The notes beneath the pieces were generated by a model that did no database searches, had not been told where the DNA came from, and was given only the letters and a program-made list of their open reading frames with translations. A DNA stretch of 64,000 bases from Squalus acanthias (taxonomy: Eukaryota): the NCBI GenBank assembly GCA_030390025.1, contig CM059430.1, forward strand, positions 73,160,001 through 73,224,000. The letters are read 5' to 3'. Of the stretch, positions 25,623 through 39,291 are shown piece after piece (within the stretch, counting starts at the first letter, position 1; each line of letters opens with the position of its first letter). The translations under genes were made by a program, and so were the position numbers.

Positions 25623-28600
25623 GTAAAACAATCTTGTTTCGTCTTTGCTAAACAGGAACGAATACATAAATAAAACCTTTACAAGTGCTATAATGTTACG
25701 TTTTGGCTATTGCTGCTGTTCCTGAGTTTTTTCTTCGGTTTATGCATTTTTTTATCGCACGTGTTTCTCAGTATAAATCAGAAAAAAAAGGATAAATGTG
25801 GGACTAAGCGTGCTACTTTAGCGAAGAAACACATTCGCATGCGCTGAACTAGTCAGAAAGATCTGTACATGCAATCACTAATATATTAGTTAGCTGGGCG
25901 GACGGTATTATTGTGCCAGCAGATGCCATATATCCCATGTATGAACGCTGTAGTCGAATTTGTTTTTATTTTCTTGACAGTTTTTCTTGGAACATCGGCC
26001 AAAGTAACTCAGATCAATGAAAGAAAGATCACACTCATTGGTTCAAATGTTTCTTTCTATTGCACTTTCCCGCTTTATCAAGAGCTCGCAGAAATTACGG
26101 TGTCCTGGTGGAGACACGGGTACAATAGATACTTACAACCAGACAGTCGGAAAGCGTTCCAAACAAAGAGAAGCTCTAGCAACTTCCACCTTCTGAATGT
26201 GAATACACTGGACGCCGGAATGTATTACTGTGCAGTGACATATCAGGGAAAATCTATGGGAAACGGAACTGGTGCACAACTGGCTGTATATGGTAAGGGT
26301 CGAGTTGTATCTACATCGATATTCAAACGGTATTTAAGAAGGAAAACAAAAATATGATTTTATTGTTGTTACAGACGTTGTTTCCACGGAAATAAGTATC
26401 GACGGTGTATGCATTTGTTATTGTAAATCTCGTTAATGCCATCTCATTATATAGCGAATTCAGAACACGTTATACGTTAAACATCTTACATTTCAACGAA
26501 TGGTTCACTACTTTGATCTCAATGAAATGCCAATCCTGCTACTCTATTCGACGTATCAATTAACGAAAAGAGCTTACTTTTCATCAGTGTCATGGATAAA
26601 ATATGCACCGGTTATGTTCCCCACTTCATGGTCTGTGCCATAATTAAGGTTCAATGATGATAATATACAACCAGGAATTAGTCTGGAATCAAAAGATTGA
26701 CTTTATTCCCATTCCAGGAATTAAGTGCATAACCCATTTGGTATTTGCTAATATAACAGTCATTGCAATTCAAAGTAATTCATTCCATATCAATCTTACT
26801 TTGACTTGACAAGTCCTATTTACAATTATTCTTACCCATGCANNNNNNNNNNNNNNNNNNNNNNNNNNNNNNNNNNNNNNNNNNNNNNNNNNNNNNNNNN
26901 NNNNNNNNNNNNNNNNNNNNNNNNNNNNNNNNNNNNNNNNNNNNNNNNNNNNNNNNNNNNNNNNNNNNNNNNNNNNNNNNNNNNNNNNNNNNNATCTATC
27001 TATATATCTAACATATTCATCAACTATTTATTTATTTAATAATACATATATTCATTTATTTTTTATTTTTTCAAAGAGGAGCCACTTTCTTGTATGGAAA
27101 CAGGAGACTTTAATTTTTGAGCAGAAACATTTTTTCTTTTGCTTCCATTTCCAGTTTTTCAGATGCAAGCGTATTTTTTTTATAACTTTCAAGAAAAGCC
27201 GAAATGCAGGAAGCTGCTTTTGTCCTGACTGAGATGCCACTGAGTGTTGAAGGCCCGAATATCAGAACAAATTCTGCATAACTGCAACAGTTTCAAGTTC
27301 AACAAGCAGAGCTATATGTAGAAATAATAATATATATGTGACAATTATGTCAAATTAATTCTGCTAGATTTAACGAGAGACAATATTTATAACATGATAA
27401 TTTAGTAGCTTTCGCAGAGGAAATCGGAAAATAAAATCATTTCGAATATATAATACAGAAATCAATCGATAAGGTTGCATAATAGATCATTGATAATTCA
27501 GTTACAGTAAAAAATCATAACAGGACTTATTTTATTATATTAACCGTCAGGTAGATTGAAATGAGAACATTTTCCTTTTGGGTGTAATATTCCCTTCTTC
27601 TTCATCTTCTTCTTCTTCTTCTTCTTTATTAAAGCTGTTCCACTTCCCCTGAAGATTCTCCCCAAAGCATCGGAAGGAGTTTCGCCTTCTCCTCTCAACC
27701 TCGAGTGCAAAACGGCCGGTTTTTACCCGAAGGAATTTAAACTCACTTGGCAAAAAGATGGCATTGAACTTATGTCTGGATTTGAAACGGTGCAACATAC
27801 AAATGAGGAGGGACTGTATGAAGTTTCCAGTTCTTTAGAAGTGAGACAACCTGTCCACAACGGGGTACCTTATACCTGTGAAGTGTCGCATGTTTCTCTG
27901 CTAATACCAGCCAGCGTCACCTACACCAACTACAAAGGTGATATTTTAACACGCATCACACTTGTAGCGTTCTGGTTTTTTTTCCACAGAAATCTGTTTT
28001 CTATTGCAACTCACCGACTGCAGCAGTTGATTTGCATATTATCCTTTTATCTCTGAAACTGCGTTTTATCGCAAGTCACAGTAATGGAACAAATGCCCTT
28101 TCCGTTCTGGCTGTCCGTCTAATAATATATAGGAAGGGGTGTTCCAATTAAATTCCTGGAGAATGACAGTTTTCAAAAGGAAAGTGTCCATATTGCTAAT
28201 AATTAGAATTACATGACATTTTTCAGTCAGAAATAAACTGCAAATGTAATTAAGATAGCAGAGTAATCGCCAAGCTGAGAAATTACAGTGCCAGGAAATT
28301 GCGTATTTGTTGCTTTCGTAACCAAGAAGTACTCTTAGTTAAGATACACTGCGTCATTCAAGCTGCTCACTGCATGTAGGAACATGGTAAATTTATTGGT
28401 GGTTGCCTCTGTTGGGTCATGTACGCGTAATTGCAAATTTTTCCTTTCAGATTTCATGCTTTCGGCATATATTCTCAAGACGAAACAAACTACTAGCAAT
28501 AGTGTGCTTTAACCTAAAACACAGAACCTTGTTGTACGCCCTACCATTTGTCACATTGGAATTTCATCCGAAGCCTACATTTAGTTTTCCACCCGTATCT

Positions 28601-31600
28601 GCAACACTAAGGGATTATGACTAATAATAGATGCCCGGATGTTGTGGTACGTAGTGACCGGACGGTACTCGCCGCTGACCTCGAATAAAGCGGCCACAAA
28701 AAGAATTAGTGAGCTCTGTGACGTTGATTTCCCCTATTACGTCGCCAATTTCATTCGGCGACATCTATAAAACATCTGTGGCATCCAGGAACAGTGAAGT
28801 CATCCAGAAGGCTGAGCAGCCAATCAAATTGAACAATTCTCACAGACAGCAAAACCAGGACGTAAAAAGCACTGATTATCATTAATTTTAAATCATTTTA
28901 CAGAGAGCAAAATAATTATTGGAACATACACATAGGATTAAAGTAGAAGCTCAAATATTGTAAATAAACTTTAAAAAAATTTGAATGGCATGGATAGAAT
29001 GAGAGTCCAGAATTATTACATTAATTTTACAGGGCCAGAGAGGTTGTTCAGCATTAATTATGACTTAGTAAACCGTTAAAACCTTACTTACACCTCATTC
29101 AACAAGGCATAACTTTTCCAATAGTTTTTCAGTGAGAAGATTGCGTAAAAAGTTCAAGTTTACGTTAAATCACTGATTATGTGCTGTTCACATCTGTGAA
29201 GACTGTCACATTGCACACTGTGGCGGGGCAGGGTGTCACTGACAACAACTTCTGGACTTCCGCGTTTAACTGCACATGTCCGGACGCCAAAAGTTTCTGT
29301 TAGTTTTACAAAGCACAACCACAATTCCTGGGCCCATATAATGGGTGGAATTTTCACGAGGTTCTCCCCATATTTATCCTTAATTTCGGTGGAAGATCCG
29401 CAAAACCCCTGGAGATCTGGCGTGAACAACTTTAATTCTGCCCCTAAGAATCAACAAATATTTATGTCATATTAAAATAAACACAAGAATGTATGACTTG
29501 CAGACGGGAACTGATTAATATCTGCCCTTGGTAGAATCATCTCCTGCCTGGAACCCGACTTCACAAAACATTAACCTGGGAAGAATTTCTGCGGGATTTG
29601 GCTGCTAGTTAGTGGGGCTGTTATCCTGTTAATAGTAAACCGCTTAACATCTGCATTAGAATAGGGAACGAAGGAATGTCTTGAGAAAACGGATTTGCCC
29701 CTAGTTATATAATCGCCAACTGTAACGTTGAAGCAAAAAGTGTCGAGTGGTAGAATAAGAGAGAAGTTGAAATGATTTTCAAGCAATAAGAACGTTATTT
29801 GGCTCACAGATTATCAGAAGGTATATGATTGGCATCCGACTTCTATTCTGCCCAGCCCGCTGAGGTACAATCTCTGATATGAAGTAATGAAGAAAGCAAA
29901 ATATGTGAAATATGAATAAAATCTACTCAAAAATGTAACAAAAAATTCTATAAATCAAATTTTCCGTTCCAGCAAAGATCACCCTTCATGTCCCAGATAA
30001 AAAATACCCTAAACTATGTACAGTCTACCCAGATTGTAGCTATAGCACTAACTCCAAGTGTTCAGTGCTAGTGAGCAGATGTGGAGATAGTCAGTCCTAA
30101 GATTCAGGACTTAGTCGAATCATTGAACCTTCTTCAATTGGAACAAATCCGACTGAATCGACAGCAGGCAGACAGGAATTGATGTCAGTGGAGTGATGTA
30201 GCTGAGAGGAGTTGTTGACCCCGCTGTCAGACTGTGCAATCTGCAGAGAGGATGAGGGCCCTGTGGAAAGACCCGAGACGTCACCGTGTTGCAGACATTG
30301 AAACTGTTTATACGTTCTTCAATTTTAAGATTTCGTATCTGTCTGTGATCTAAGCTCACTGAAGTTCATGTAAATAAATTGAAATGAAGCCTTAAACACA
30401 CAGCTCTTGGAGCCAACACACTCTCTGCCATCAGTTGTCTCGCTCTCTATCTTCCCCTCTATCTTCTTCTCTCTCTCTATGTGTGTGTGAGTGTGTTTCT
30501 CTTTCTGTCTCAGTCTCTCTCTCTCGCTCTTTGGCTATGTCTATGTCTCTCTCTCTCTGTCTATGTACGTCTTTATATCTGTCCTCTATCTCTCTTTGTC
30601 AGTCTGTCTCTATAACTTTCTCTCTATTTATGTGCCTTCTCTCGCTCACTCTCGGGTTGTCTGTCTCCATCTATATATTTCGTCCCGCATACGAGATTAG
30701 CGTGCAAAGTTAAAACACATGGGATTGGGGGTAAGGCACTTACTTGGATAGAGACCTGGTTGGCAGACAGGAAGCTAAGAGTTGGAATAAACGAGTCTTT
30801 TTCTGAGTGGCAGGCAGTGACTAGTGGGGTACCGCAGGGATCGGTGCTAGGACCCCAGCTATTCACAATATATATTAATGATTTAGACGAGCGAACTAGA
30901 TGTAATATCTTAAAGTTTGCAGACGACACAAAGCTGTGTGCTTTGAGGAGGATGCAGGAAATCTCCAGTATGATTTGGACAGGTTGGGTGAATGGGCAGA
31001 TGCACGGCAGATGCAGTATAATGTGGATAATTGCGAGGTTATCAACTTTGGTGGCAAAAACAGGAAGGCAGATTATTATCTGAACGGCAATAGATTGGGA
31101 AGAGGGGATGTGCAACAAGACCTGGGTGTCCTTGTGCACCAGTCGCTGAAGGTAAGTATGCAGGTGCAGCAGGCGGTTAAGAAGGCAAATGGCATGCTGG
31201 CCTTCATGGCGAGAGGATTCGAGTACAGGAGCAAGGATGTCTTGCTGCAGTTGTACAGGGCCTTGGTGAGAACACACCTTGAGTATTGTGTGCAGTTTTG
31301 GTCGCCTTATCTGATGAAGGATGTTCTTGCCTTGGAGGGAGTGTAGCGAAGATTCACCAGACTAATACCTGGAATGGCAAGAATGAAGTATGAAGAGAGA
31401 TTGGGTCGATTAGGCTTATATTCGCTAGAGGTTAGAAGAATGATAGGGCATCTCATTGAAACTTATAAAATTCTAACAGGACTAGACAGACTAGATGCAG
31501 GAAGGATGTTTCCGATGGCGGGGGTGCCCAGAAACAAGAGTTACAGTCTAAGGATAAGGTGTAAGCCATTTAGGACTGAGATGAGGAGGAATTTCTTCAC

Positions 31601-34600
31601 CCAGAGTGGTGAACCTGTGGAATTCTCTAGCACAGAAGGCAGTTGAGGCCAATTAATTAACTATATTCAAGAAGGAGTTACATATATTTCTTAAGGCTAA
31701 AGGGATCAAGGGATATGGGCAGAAAGCATGGACAGGGTACTGAATTTGGATGATCAGCCATGATCTCATTAAATGGCATAACTGGCTCGAGGGGCAGAAT
31801 GGCCTACTCCTGCTCCGATCTTCTATGTTTAATGTTTCTATGTTTCGCTCTCTATCTGTCTATTTCTTGCTCCCCCCTCTCTCTCTCTCTCTGCCCCGTT
31901 TCTTTCCTTCTCTGTTTTTCTGATGTTTCTCACTACACTCCCTTTAAATGTCCCTTCTGTTGCTGCCCACCAGGTTCTACTGAGGGATTCCAAACCATTA
32001 ACTTGTTCCGTTTACTATTGGGGGTAATGGTGATTCTGGTGGGGACCATCCTAATCGTGGATCATTTGAAAACAGTCTCAATTTTAAGGTAAGATGTTCA
32101 TTCCTTGAATCAGATAATCGCCGACGAATTATAGCATTAACTCACAGGAAACAAAAGTACAGAATTCCTCTTTTGTGACTTCTGACATCTGGGTGGATTG
32201 TTTCCCTGGACATTGGCTGACCCTCATTCATTCTGCACTTTCTTATCCATATGATTATATACAGCAAGAAAAGAAAATCATATTACAGAGTGTGAAAGTG
32301 TCGTTCAGAGTTATACACATACCCATCTCCCATCCGAGGTTACCGAACACTCGCATCTCTCACACACTTTTAATTTACACACCTACCTCTCACTCACTAT
32401 TGCTCCTACACACATTGCTCACACACTGTTACACACACAACTGGTACTCAAGCAGCCATCTCTCACTCACTGTTACTTTACACACACCCCTCTCACTCTA
32501 TCTTACTCACACACCTATCTCTCACTCATTGTTACTCACACACCCATCTCTCACTCACTGTTACTCACACACCCCTCTCACTCTCTCTTACTCACACACC
32601 CATCTCTTACTCTCTCTTACTCACACACCCATCTCTCACTCTCTCTTACTCACACACTCATCTCTCACTCTCTCTTACTCACACACCCATCTCTCACTCT
32701 CTCTTACGCACACACCCATCTCTCATTCACTCTTACTCAGACACCCGTCTCTCACTCACTGTTAATCACACACCCATCTCTCTCTCACTCTTACTCACAC
32801 ACCCATCTCTCTCTCGCTGTTAATCGCACAACCATCTCTCATTCACCATGATTCTCACACCCATCTCTCACTGACCGTTAAACAACATCGCCTACCTCTC
32901 AGTCGAGAAAAATGTTATTTTTTTATCCGCGGGTGAAAATCGGATGATAGCGAATCAATATTCTGGATTACACTTGATCTATTTTCATTTGTATTGACTT
33001 CTGCCGAATCGTTATCACCTGCTTATCTCCCAGCGATAGTTTGAATCACCCTAGCTCAATATTTCACGCTTACTTCACGTTCAGTTACTCACCTACATCC
33101 ATTTCTCACTTACTGAGGTATTAGGAGACTGATTCTGAATAATGTCCCGATGCAATGCATTTCCAGAGATGAAAGCATGAGTCGTTTAATGTTCTCCATA
33201 TAATGAAACAACTTGGCAGTTTCCCACAGCACAGATAGCAGGTTGCAGACGGGCACCTTACTCTGTTTGACTTGTCCATGTGCTAATTTTGACATTACTA
33301 GAGTATTCAATTTATTCAATGAACAGAATAAATAATACGCGACACATGACGATTCGTGTGTGTCTGTGTCTGCGTCTGCGTGTGATTGGACGTAGGGCTC
33401 ATCCATGTCCAGACACATGCGCATATCTGTGGATAGAATCATTGGCAGGAACGTTGGCTGATCGCTGTCCTTACCTAGCCCTGGGACTCCACGGTTAATT
33501 GCTCCTAATCCGGCTGGGATCAGCTAACTCAACAGAACAGAAATGCAATCTGGATCCTTCCGCTGTAATGGTTCGATCCCAGCCACGCCGCGCTGAGCTA
33601 CAGGTCTGCTCCTGTGTTCCTGGACACTTGCTCCGTTATCTCCACTTCCAGCCTAACGAGCAGCTGGTTCCTGTGTCTGATCTTGTTGTGTAAAATTCAG
33701 ACCCATTTAACCTGGTCAATTTTTGGGAGATTGCCGCTTTACATGAGGGTGGAAAACAAGCATCAATAATCCTGATCTCTTATATACCTGGTTTGATGCA
33801 GAAAGCAGCATTATGAGATTCGCTGCCAGATTAATTAAAAGTAACTGGTGATTCTGATCTGGTATGTGGTGCTCATTTTTTTAAGCACCGACCGCTTCCG
33901 GGTCATTCTGAAATCTCCTTTATTTTTAACAGTCACACACCTGATGACAGACTGGCAGCAGCTGATCCCGATCTCACCGACTCCAGGAAAGCAGCGAATT
34001 AACTTCAATGAATCAGTGTAACGACGATGCTGAATAGGAATGTAAAGTAGAAAGTCGATTTGAAGAGGTTCATTCTGCATTAGATATAACGAGGAACCAA
34101 ATATATTTTAAGTTTCCTGGGTACAAGTAGCAATGCGGCCATTTGTAATTGTCTAACACACGGTCCATGGCCCTAATTCGATTCGATAATAATCAAACAC
34201 TTCAATATGACGGTAGGTTAGAGTGAAGTTCTCCCCGCTCCCAGAACACTCCGGAAATAGTCATCAAATGGATTGCTGCCCTTTCCTACCCCAGGGATTC
34301 CACGGCTAATTGCCCTGCCTCTGCTGACGAAGGGTCATCGACCTGAAACTTTAAATCTGTTTCTCCCTCCACAGACGCCGCCTGACCTGCTGAGTATGCC
34401 AGCATTTTCTGTTTTAATGTCAGATTTCCCGCATCAGCAGTATTTTCCTTTTGTATCAAATATGTATAGGGTCAGTTTCGCGTCAGTTTCAATTGTTCGC
34501 CTTGATCTCGAGACAGTTTCATTGACAAAGTGTAAATTACACGTTATTGGAGGCTGAGTAATGTATTTTCCTATATTTTTTGTACTTAAGAATGGTTGAT

Positions 34601-37600
34601 ATCAGGAATGTATGGTCCTGGGGGGAGGGGGGCGGTGGGCTGTCAGGAATGCAGAGTATTGAAGGCATTCGCCAATGGCCACGTGCCTGCCTCTAAATTG
34701 CAAACGTTTTGCCCGGCATTGAAGTGATATTTCTAAATATGGGCCCTGGACTTTGGGAGCCATTCACCGGCCTTTGAAGATTGTGACTCGCGAGATTTAG
34801 CTGCCAGTTGTAGAAATGTTTAAATAAACACGGCAAATGACAGATTTATTTTCACTTAATTTGAAAGAAGGAACAAACTGTTTTAACAAATCCTCACATC
34901 ACGAATAACAAGAACATTAATGCTCATAAAATATTAACAGCAATGGAGGTATGTGAGGCTCGAATGACAGCAGAATAATACTGAGAGCACGAACTGGTGT
35001 AGAATCCCTGCTCAGATACAGTGAGGGACTGGAGAAGCATCGCAAACATTCGAGTCAAACTGGCCGCGTCAGCGGGGAAAGAGAAACCACACGCATCTCC
35101 AGGTTAAAACTACCCGTGTCCTGCCCCAGTCACAGCATCACCCTGGGGACTAGTGCACCAAGTGTGTGAAGGGGTCTTACCGGGAGCAATCGTGGACTGT
35201 GTTAAACAGGTTCCCGTGTGCGCAGGTCAGCGACACACAGTCCGTGGAAAGACAGGTGAATTTCTAGTGCATGCTGCACCGTCATTGTGGAAGAAGGTGA
35301 CGGGGACTGAAGAGGGAAACGACTCAGACTGATGAGTCGGGCCGTCCTTTAGACTGACATCTACTCCACACACTCCAGTTAAGGGCTGCCCACACTCATG
35401 TTACTGCTCCGCACACTCCAGTTATAGGCCCCTGATCATGAAGGGGCTCAGGGGTCCCGCCACTCAGGAGATTCTGGATGATATTTCCTGTTACCCATCC
35501 AATGAAGAGAGCATTTTATTAGGGGCCCTGGAGTGTCACAGCAGTCCCGCACTGCACCTTTAACCGTTTGATCAGTAAAGCTCATCATTTGTATTCAGTT
35601 TTGTTGACCCAATAGCTTTTTCGAATCATAGAATCATAGAATGGTTACAGCACGGAAGGAGGCCTTTCGGCACGTCAAGCCCGTGCCGGCTCTCATCAAG
35701 AGCACTTCAGCTAGTCCCACTCCCCGCCCTTTCCCCGTAGCCCTGCATTTTTTTCCTTCAGGTACTTATCAAATTCCCTTCTGAAAGCCACGATTGAATC
35801 TCCCTCCACCACTCTCTCAGGCATTTCATTCCAGATCGTAACCATTCGCTGCATAAATAATGTTTTTCCTTAAGTCACCTTTGGTTCTTCTGCCAATCAC
35901 CTTAAATCTGTATCCTCGTTCTCGACCCTTTCGCCAATGGGAACAGTTTCTCTCTATCTACTCTGTCTAGACCCCTCATTTTTTCGAATATCTCTGTCAA
36001 ATCTCCTCTCAAACTTCTCTGCTCTAAGGAAAACAACCCCAACTTCTCCAGTCTATCCACGTAACTGAAGTCCCTCATCCCTGGAACCATTCTTGTTAAT
36101 CTTTTCTGCACCCACTCTAAGGCCTTCACATCATTCCTAAAGTGCGGTGCCCAGAACTGGACACAAGGCTCGAGTTGAGGTCGTACCAGTGTTTTATTCA
36201 GGTTCATCATAACTTCCTTGCTTTTGTACTCTATGCCTCTATTTATGAAACACAGGATCCCGTATGCTTTATTAACCGCTAGCTCAACCTGCCCTGCCAC
36301 ATTCAAGGATGTGTGCAAATATACCCCCAGGTATTTCTGTTCATGCACCACCTTTAGAATTGTACCCTTTAGTTTATATTGGCAATCCTCTTCTTCCTAC
36401 CAAAATGTGTCAATTCGCACTTTTCTGCGTTAAATTTAATCTGTCCCGTGTCCGCCCATTTCACCAGCCTGTCTATGTCCTCTTGAAGTCTATCACTATC
36501 CTCCTCCCGGTTCAGTATACTTCCAAGTTTTGTGTCATCTGCAAATTTTTAAATTGTGCCCTGTACACCCAAGTCCACGTCATTGGTAGTCATTTTGTTA
36601 TCTTATTTCCTTTTAGACTTTATTTGATTCCCAATTTTTGGCGATAGTCCCTCTAATGAGGACACCCGCCCTCCCTTTTCTTCGTTCGTAGTCCTTATCC
36701 GTTCACTTTCTGTGCGCCCATGATGATTGCCATGAACTATTCAGTTATATTGGAGCAGCAACCGCTACCTCCCAATTTTAAAATAGGAAATAAATCCAAT
36801 GAGAAGTGAGATGCACTTGTTAAAGTGCATCTCTATTTAAATGTTCACAACCATTAACAGCAGACATCCGGACACAGGCGATGTGAATCCAGACTCATGT
36901 CTCAAAGGTGAAACGGCACTGAGCTGACACACCGCCTTACCAACACCTGCAGTCACTGGAGAGTAACACTTCCTAAATAAGGGGAATTCCTTTTATGTAA
37001 CGGACGCCGTGGTCTCCACGGTCTGGGGTGTATGTGTTGCCATCCCTTCATGATCCTATCCCTGCCGGACACAAACACCCGAAATGCGGCTTAAATGTGA
37101 GTTAAGGGTAAGGAATCAGGATGTGGTACGTGATTCTCTGTAAATTATGTCATTCTGTTATTCAATGTGAACCGAAACAAAACCACTTCCTGCCGTGTTT
37201 AACTAAATTACAACAATAGTTCGCGATGACCTGAGGTCGTGAACGGCGCTATATAAATATAACCTCTTTCATTACAGTAATAGGCAAGCCCCTCCGAGAG
37301 AGAAGTAACTGGCCATGTATCATAAGGTCATAGAGTCATAACGGCACAGACGGAGACCATTCGGCCCATCGAGACCGTGCCGGCTCTCTGCAGAGTAATC
37401 CAGTCAGTCCCATTCCCCTGCTCTATCTCCGTAGCCCTGCAAGTTTATTTTCCTCAAGTGCCTATCCAGTCTCCCCTTGAAAACATTGAGTGTCTCCGCT
37501 TCCACCACTTCCGTCGGCAGCGAGTTCCAGTTCCTCACCACTCGCTTCATAAAAAAGTTTTTCCTCACTTTTCTCCTGTATCTCTTGGCCAAACCTTAAA

Positions 37601-39291
37601 TCTGTGTCCCCTATTCCTTGTACCATCAAGTAGCGGGAACAGCCTTTTCCCGTCAAGCCTATCCAAACCCATCATAATCTTGTACACCTCTATCAAATCA
37701 CCACTCAAACTCCTTTGCTCTAATGAAAACAAATCCAGCTGCTCCAACCTGCCCTTGTAGCTAAGATCCCCCATCCCCGGAACGATTCTGGTAAATCTCC
37801 TCTACACCCTCTCAAAGGCCTTCATATCCATCCTAAAGTGTGGTGAGCAGAACTGGATGCAATAACCCAGTTGTGGCCTAACCAGCGCTTTATAAAGGTT
37901 CAGCATAACTTCTCTATTTTTGTACTCATTACCTCTATTTATGAAGACTAAGGTCCAGTATGTTTTGTTAATCACTCTCTCAATATGTCCTGCCACCTAC
38001 AAGGACCTATGCACATTAACTCTCAGGTCCCTCTGTTCTTGCACACTCTTTAAAACTGTACCATTAAGTGTATATTACCTCTCCCTGTTCCTTCTGCCAA
38101 AATGCATCACCTCACACATCTCTGTATTAAATTTCATCTGCCACTTGACTGCCCATTATGCTTGCCTTTCTATGTCCTGTTGCAGTCGATTGGTGTCATC
38201 CTCATTGTTTGCCACACCCACACGTTTGGTGTCATCGGCAAATTTAGAAATTGTACTCTGTATTCCAATATCCAAGTCATTTATTTATATCAAAAAAAGT
38301 AGTGGCCCCAACACTGACCCTTGGGGAACACCACTGTGTACCATCCTCCAGTCTGAAAAACAGCCATTTACCACAACTCGCTGTTTTCTGTCCATAAGCC
38401 AATTCCTTATCCAAGCTACCACTGACCCACCTATTCCATGAGCCTCAATTTTGTTAACCAGCTTTCTATGTGGTACTTTGTCAAACGCCTTCCTAAAATC
38501 CATGTAGACAACATTCATTGCATTCCCTTCATCAATCCTTGCTACTTCATCAAAAAATCAACAAGATAAGTCAAACATGATCTGCCTTTTACAAATCCGT
38601 GTTGGATCTCCTTAATTAGCTAAGACCTCTCCAAGTGCCTGTTAATTTTTTCCTTGATTATTGTTTCTAAAAATTTACCCACCACTGATGTTAAACTGAC
38701 CGACCTGTAGTTACTAAAATTGTCCTTACACCCTTTCTTGAACAATGGTGTCACATTTGCCACTTTCCAATCCATAGGCACCCCCCCTGCATCTAGGGAA
38801 GATTGGAAAGTTATGGCAAGCCCTTCTGCTATCACCTCCCCCAATTCCCTAAACAATCTGGGATTCAAGCCATCTGGACCAGTCGACTTATCCATCAATC
38901 AGCTAGACTGCGGTCCAAGGATTTGCAAGTTACGCTTTTTAAAGTTTTCCAAAAGGCAACTGTATAGAAAGATGTTGCAGTCTGTATGTGTGTCAAGTTA
39001 CTGTATGGCAATCGATGGTTAGCACTGAAACTAACAATGATTGGGAAACATCCGTTGGCCTGTAAAGTTGTAAGCAAAATGTCGAAGGAGATTTATTTAT
39101 AAAAAAGTAACACTTCAGAAGACACATCTTTGACGTGCATACGTAAGTTTGATATATCCTGCAGAAACTATTAGTTCGCGTTGCCTTGGCTTAATTCCTA
39201 GGATCTTCACTCTTCTTTTACACTGGCATTCAGGTTCTCTGAGAGTAGTCACAGCGCGAGCGGCCTTCAGCCTCCGGGGATTGAGGCATGA
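25568..39291 (+). CDS. Gene A: non-rearranging VJ-C1-TM immunoglobulin-superfamily receptor, putatively activating. Exons 25568-25622, 25981-26292, 27635-27937, 31974-32088 (or read-through to TAA 32092), candidate 39234-39291; about 262-280 aa
   Basis: Four exons with canonical AG/GT sites join in phase 1 into one open frame: signal peptide, V-set, C1-set, TM. The last exon is tentative. Confidence 0.85.
25981..26292 (+). CDS. Gene A exon 2, V-set Ig domain with germline J-like G strand
   Basis: Acceptor ttcttgacAG. KVTQ...VSFYCTF...VSWWR...[16 protein letters not shown]...[11 protein letters not shown] has the canonical Cys, Trp, DxGxYxC and GxGxxLxV. Donor G|GTAAG. Confidence 0.93.
26843..26993. 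other. Assembly gap (N) in the gene A V-C1 intron
   Basis: Run of N. Confidence 1.
27635..27937 (+). CDS. Gene A exon 3, C1-set Ig domain
   Basis: Acceptor after a (TTC)n tract. [10 protein letters not shown]...LTWQKDG...GLYEVSSSL...[10 protein letters not shown] shows the C1 hallmarks CxxxGFYP and YxCxVxH. Donor AAG|GTGATA. Confidence 0.92.
30675..31845 (+). mobile_element. CR1 LINE inserted in a CT-rich microsatellite just upstream of the gene A TM exon
   Basis: [27 protein letters not shown]; 3' tail ttctatgt. Confidence 0.9.
31974..32092 (+). CDS. Gene A exon 4, transmembrane with Arg ([39 protein letters not shown])
   Basis: Polypyrimidine tract plus ccAG acceptor, phase 1, hydrophobic helix. 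The AG|GTAAG donor after 32088 overlaps an in-frame TAA (32090-32092). Confidence 0.85.
32330..32900. repeat. ~28-bp CA/CT-rich minisatellite (ctcacacacccatctctcactctctctta)
   Basis: Direct tandem repetition. Confidence 0.85.
34324..34453 (+). mobile_element. Solo Penelope-like 3' end with a hammerhead-ribozyme-like core
   Basis: CTGACGA-AGGGTC-atc-GACCT-GAAA followed by a tail recognised as a shark Penelope end (...cctgacctgctgagt...cagcattttctgtttt). Confidence 0.65.
35625..36580 (-). mobile_element. CR1 LINE 3' fragment
   Basis: 149-aa RT C-terminal frame; (atagaatc)n tail. Confidence 0.9.
37325..38895 (-). mobile_element. CR1 LINE, same subfamily as 6317-7620
   Basis: [30 protein letters not shown] and [15 protein letters not shown]. 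Confidence 0.9.
39234..39291 (+). CDS. Gene A candidate cytoplasmic exon (R)[18 protein letters not shown]
   Basis: Pyrimidine tract plus ttcAG acceptor; phase 2 matches the TM-exon donor; strong G|GTGAGT donor after 39341; non-repetitive sequence. Confidence 0.4.

Noticed and set aside
25911-26357. 148-aa ORF as a single-exon secreted V protein
   Set aside because: It starts at TTG in an intron pyrimidine tract; strong splice sites delimit the real exon.
25981-27937. Rearranging Ig light chain or TCR locus, or a germline-joined IgL cluster
   Set aside because: No RSS seen next to the V exons and no FGxG J segments. C1 lacks the terminal interchain Cys, and the TM/ITIM exons are unlike Ig or TCR. 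A 151-nt gap in the intron is a minor caveat.
27938-28056. C1 read-through hydrophobic tail as an alternative anchor
   Set aside because: The hydrophobic run is short and T-rich, and a proper TM exon exists downstream.
30624-31277. Long antisense ORFs over LINEs (also 10670-11185, 37920-38441)
   Set aside because: Shadow frames of RT sequences.
32175-32765. 196-aa His/Thr/Leu-rich ORF
   Set aside because: Translation of a minisatellite.
35329-35365. CTGATGA hammerhead-like start
   Set aside because: No GAAA after a stem II.
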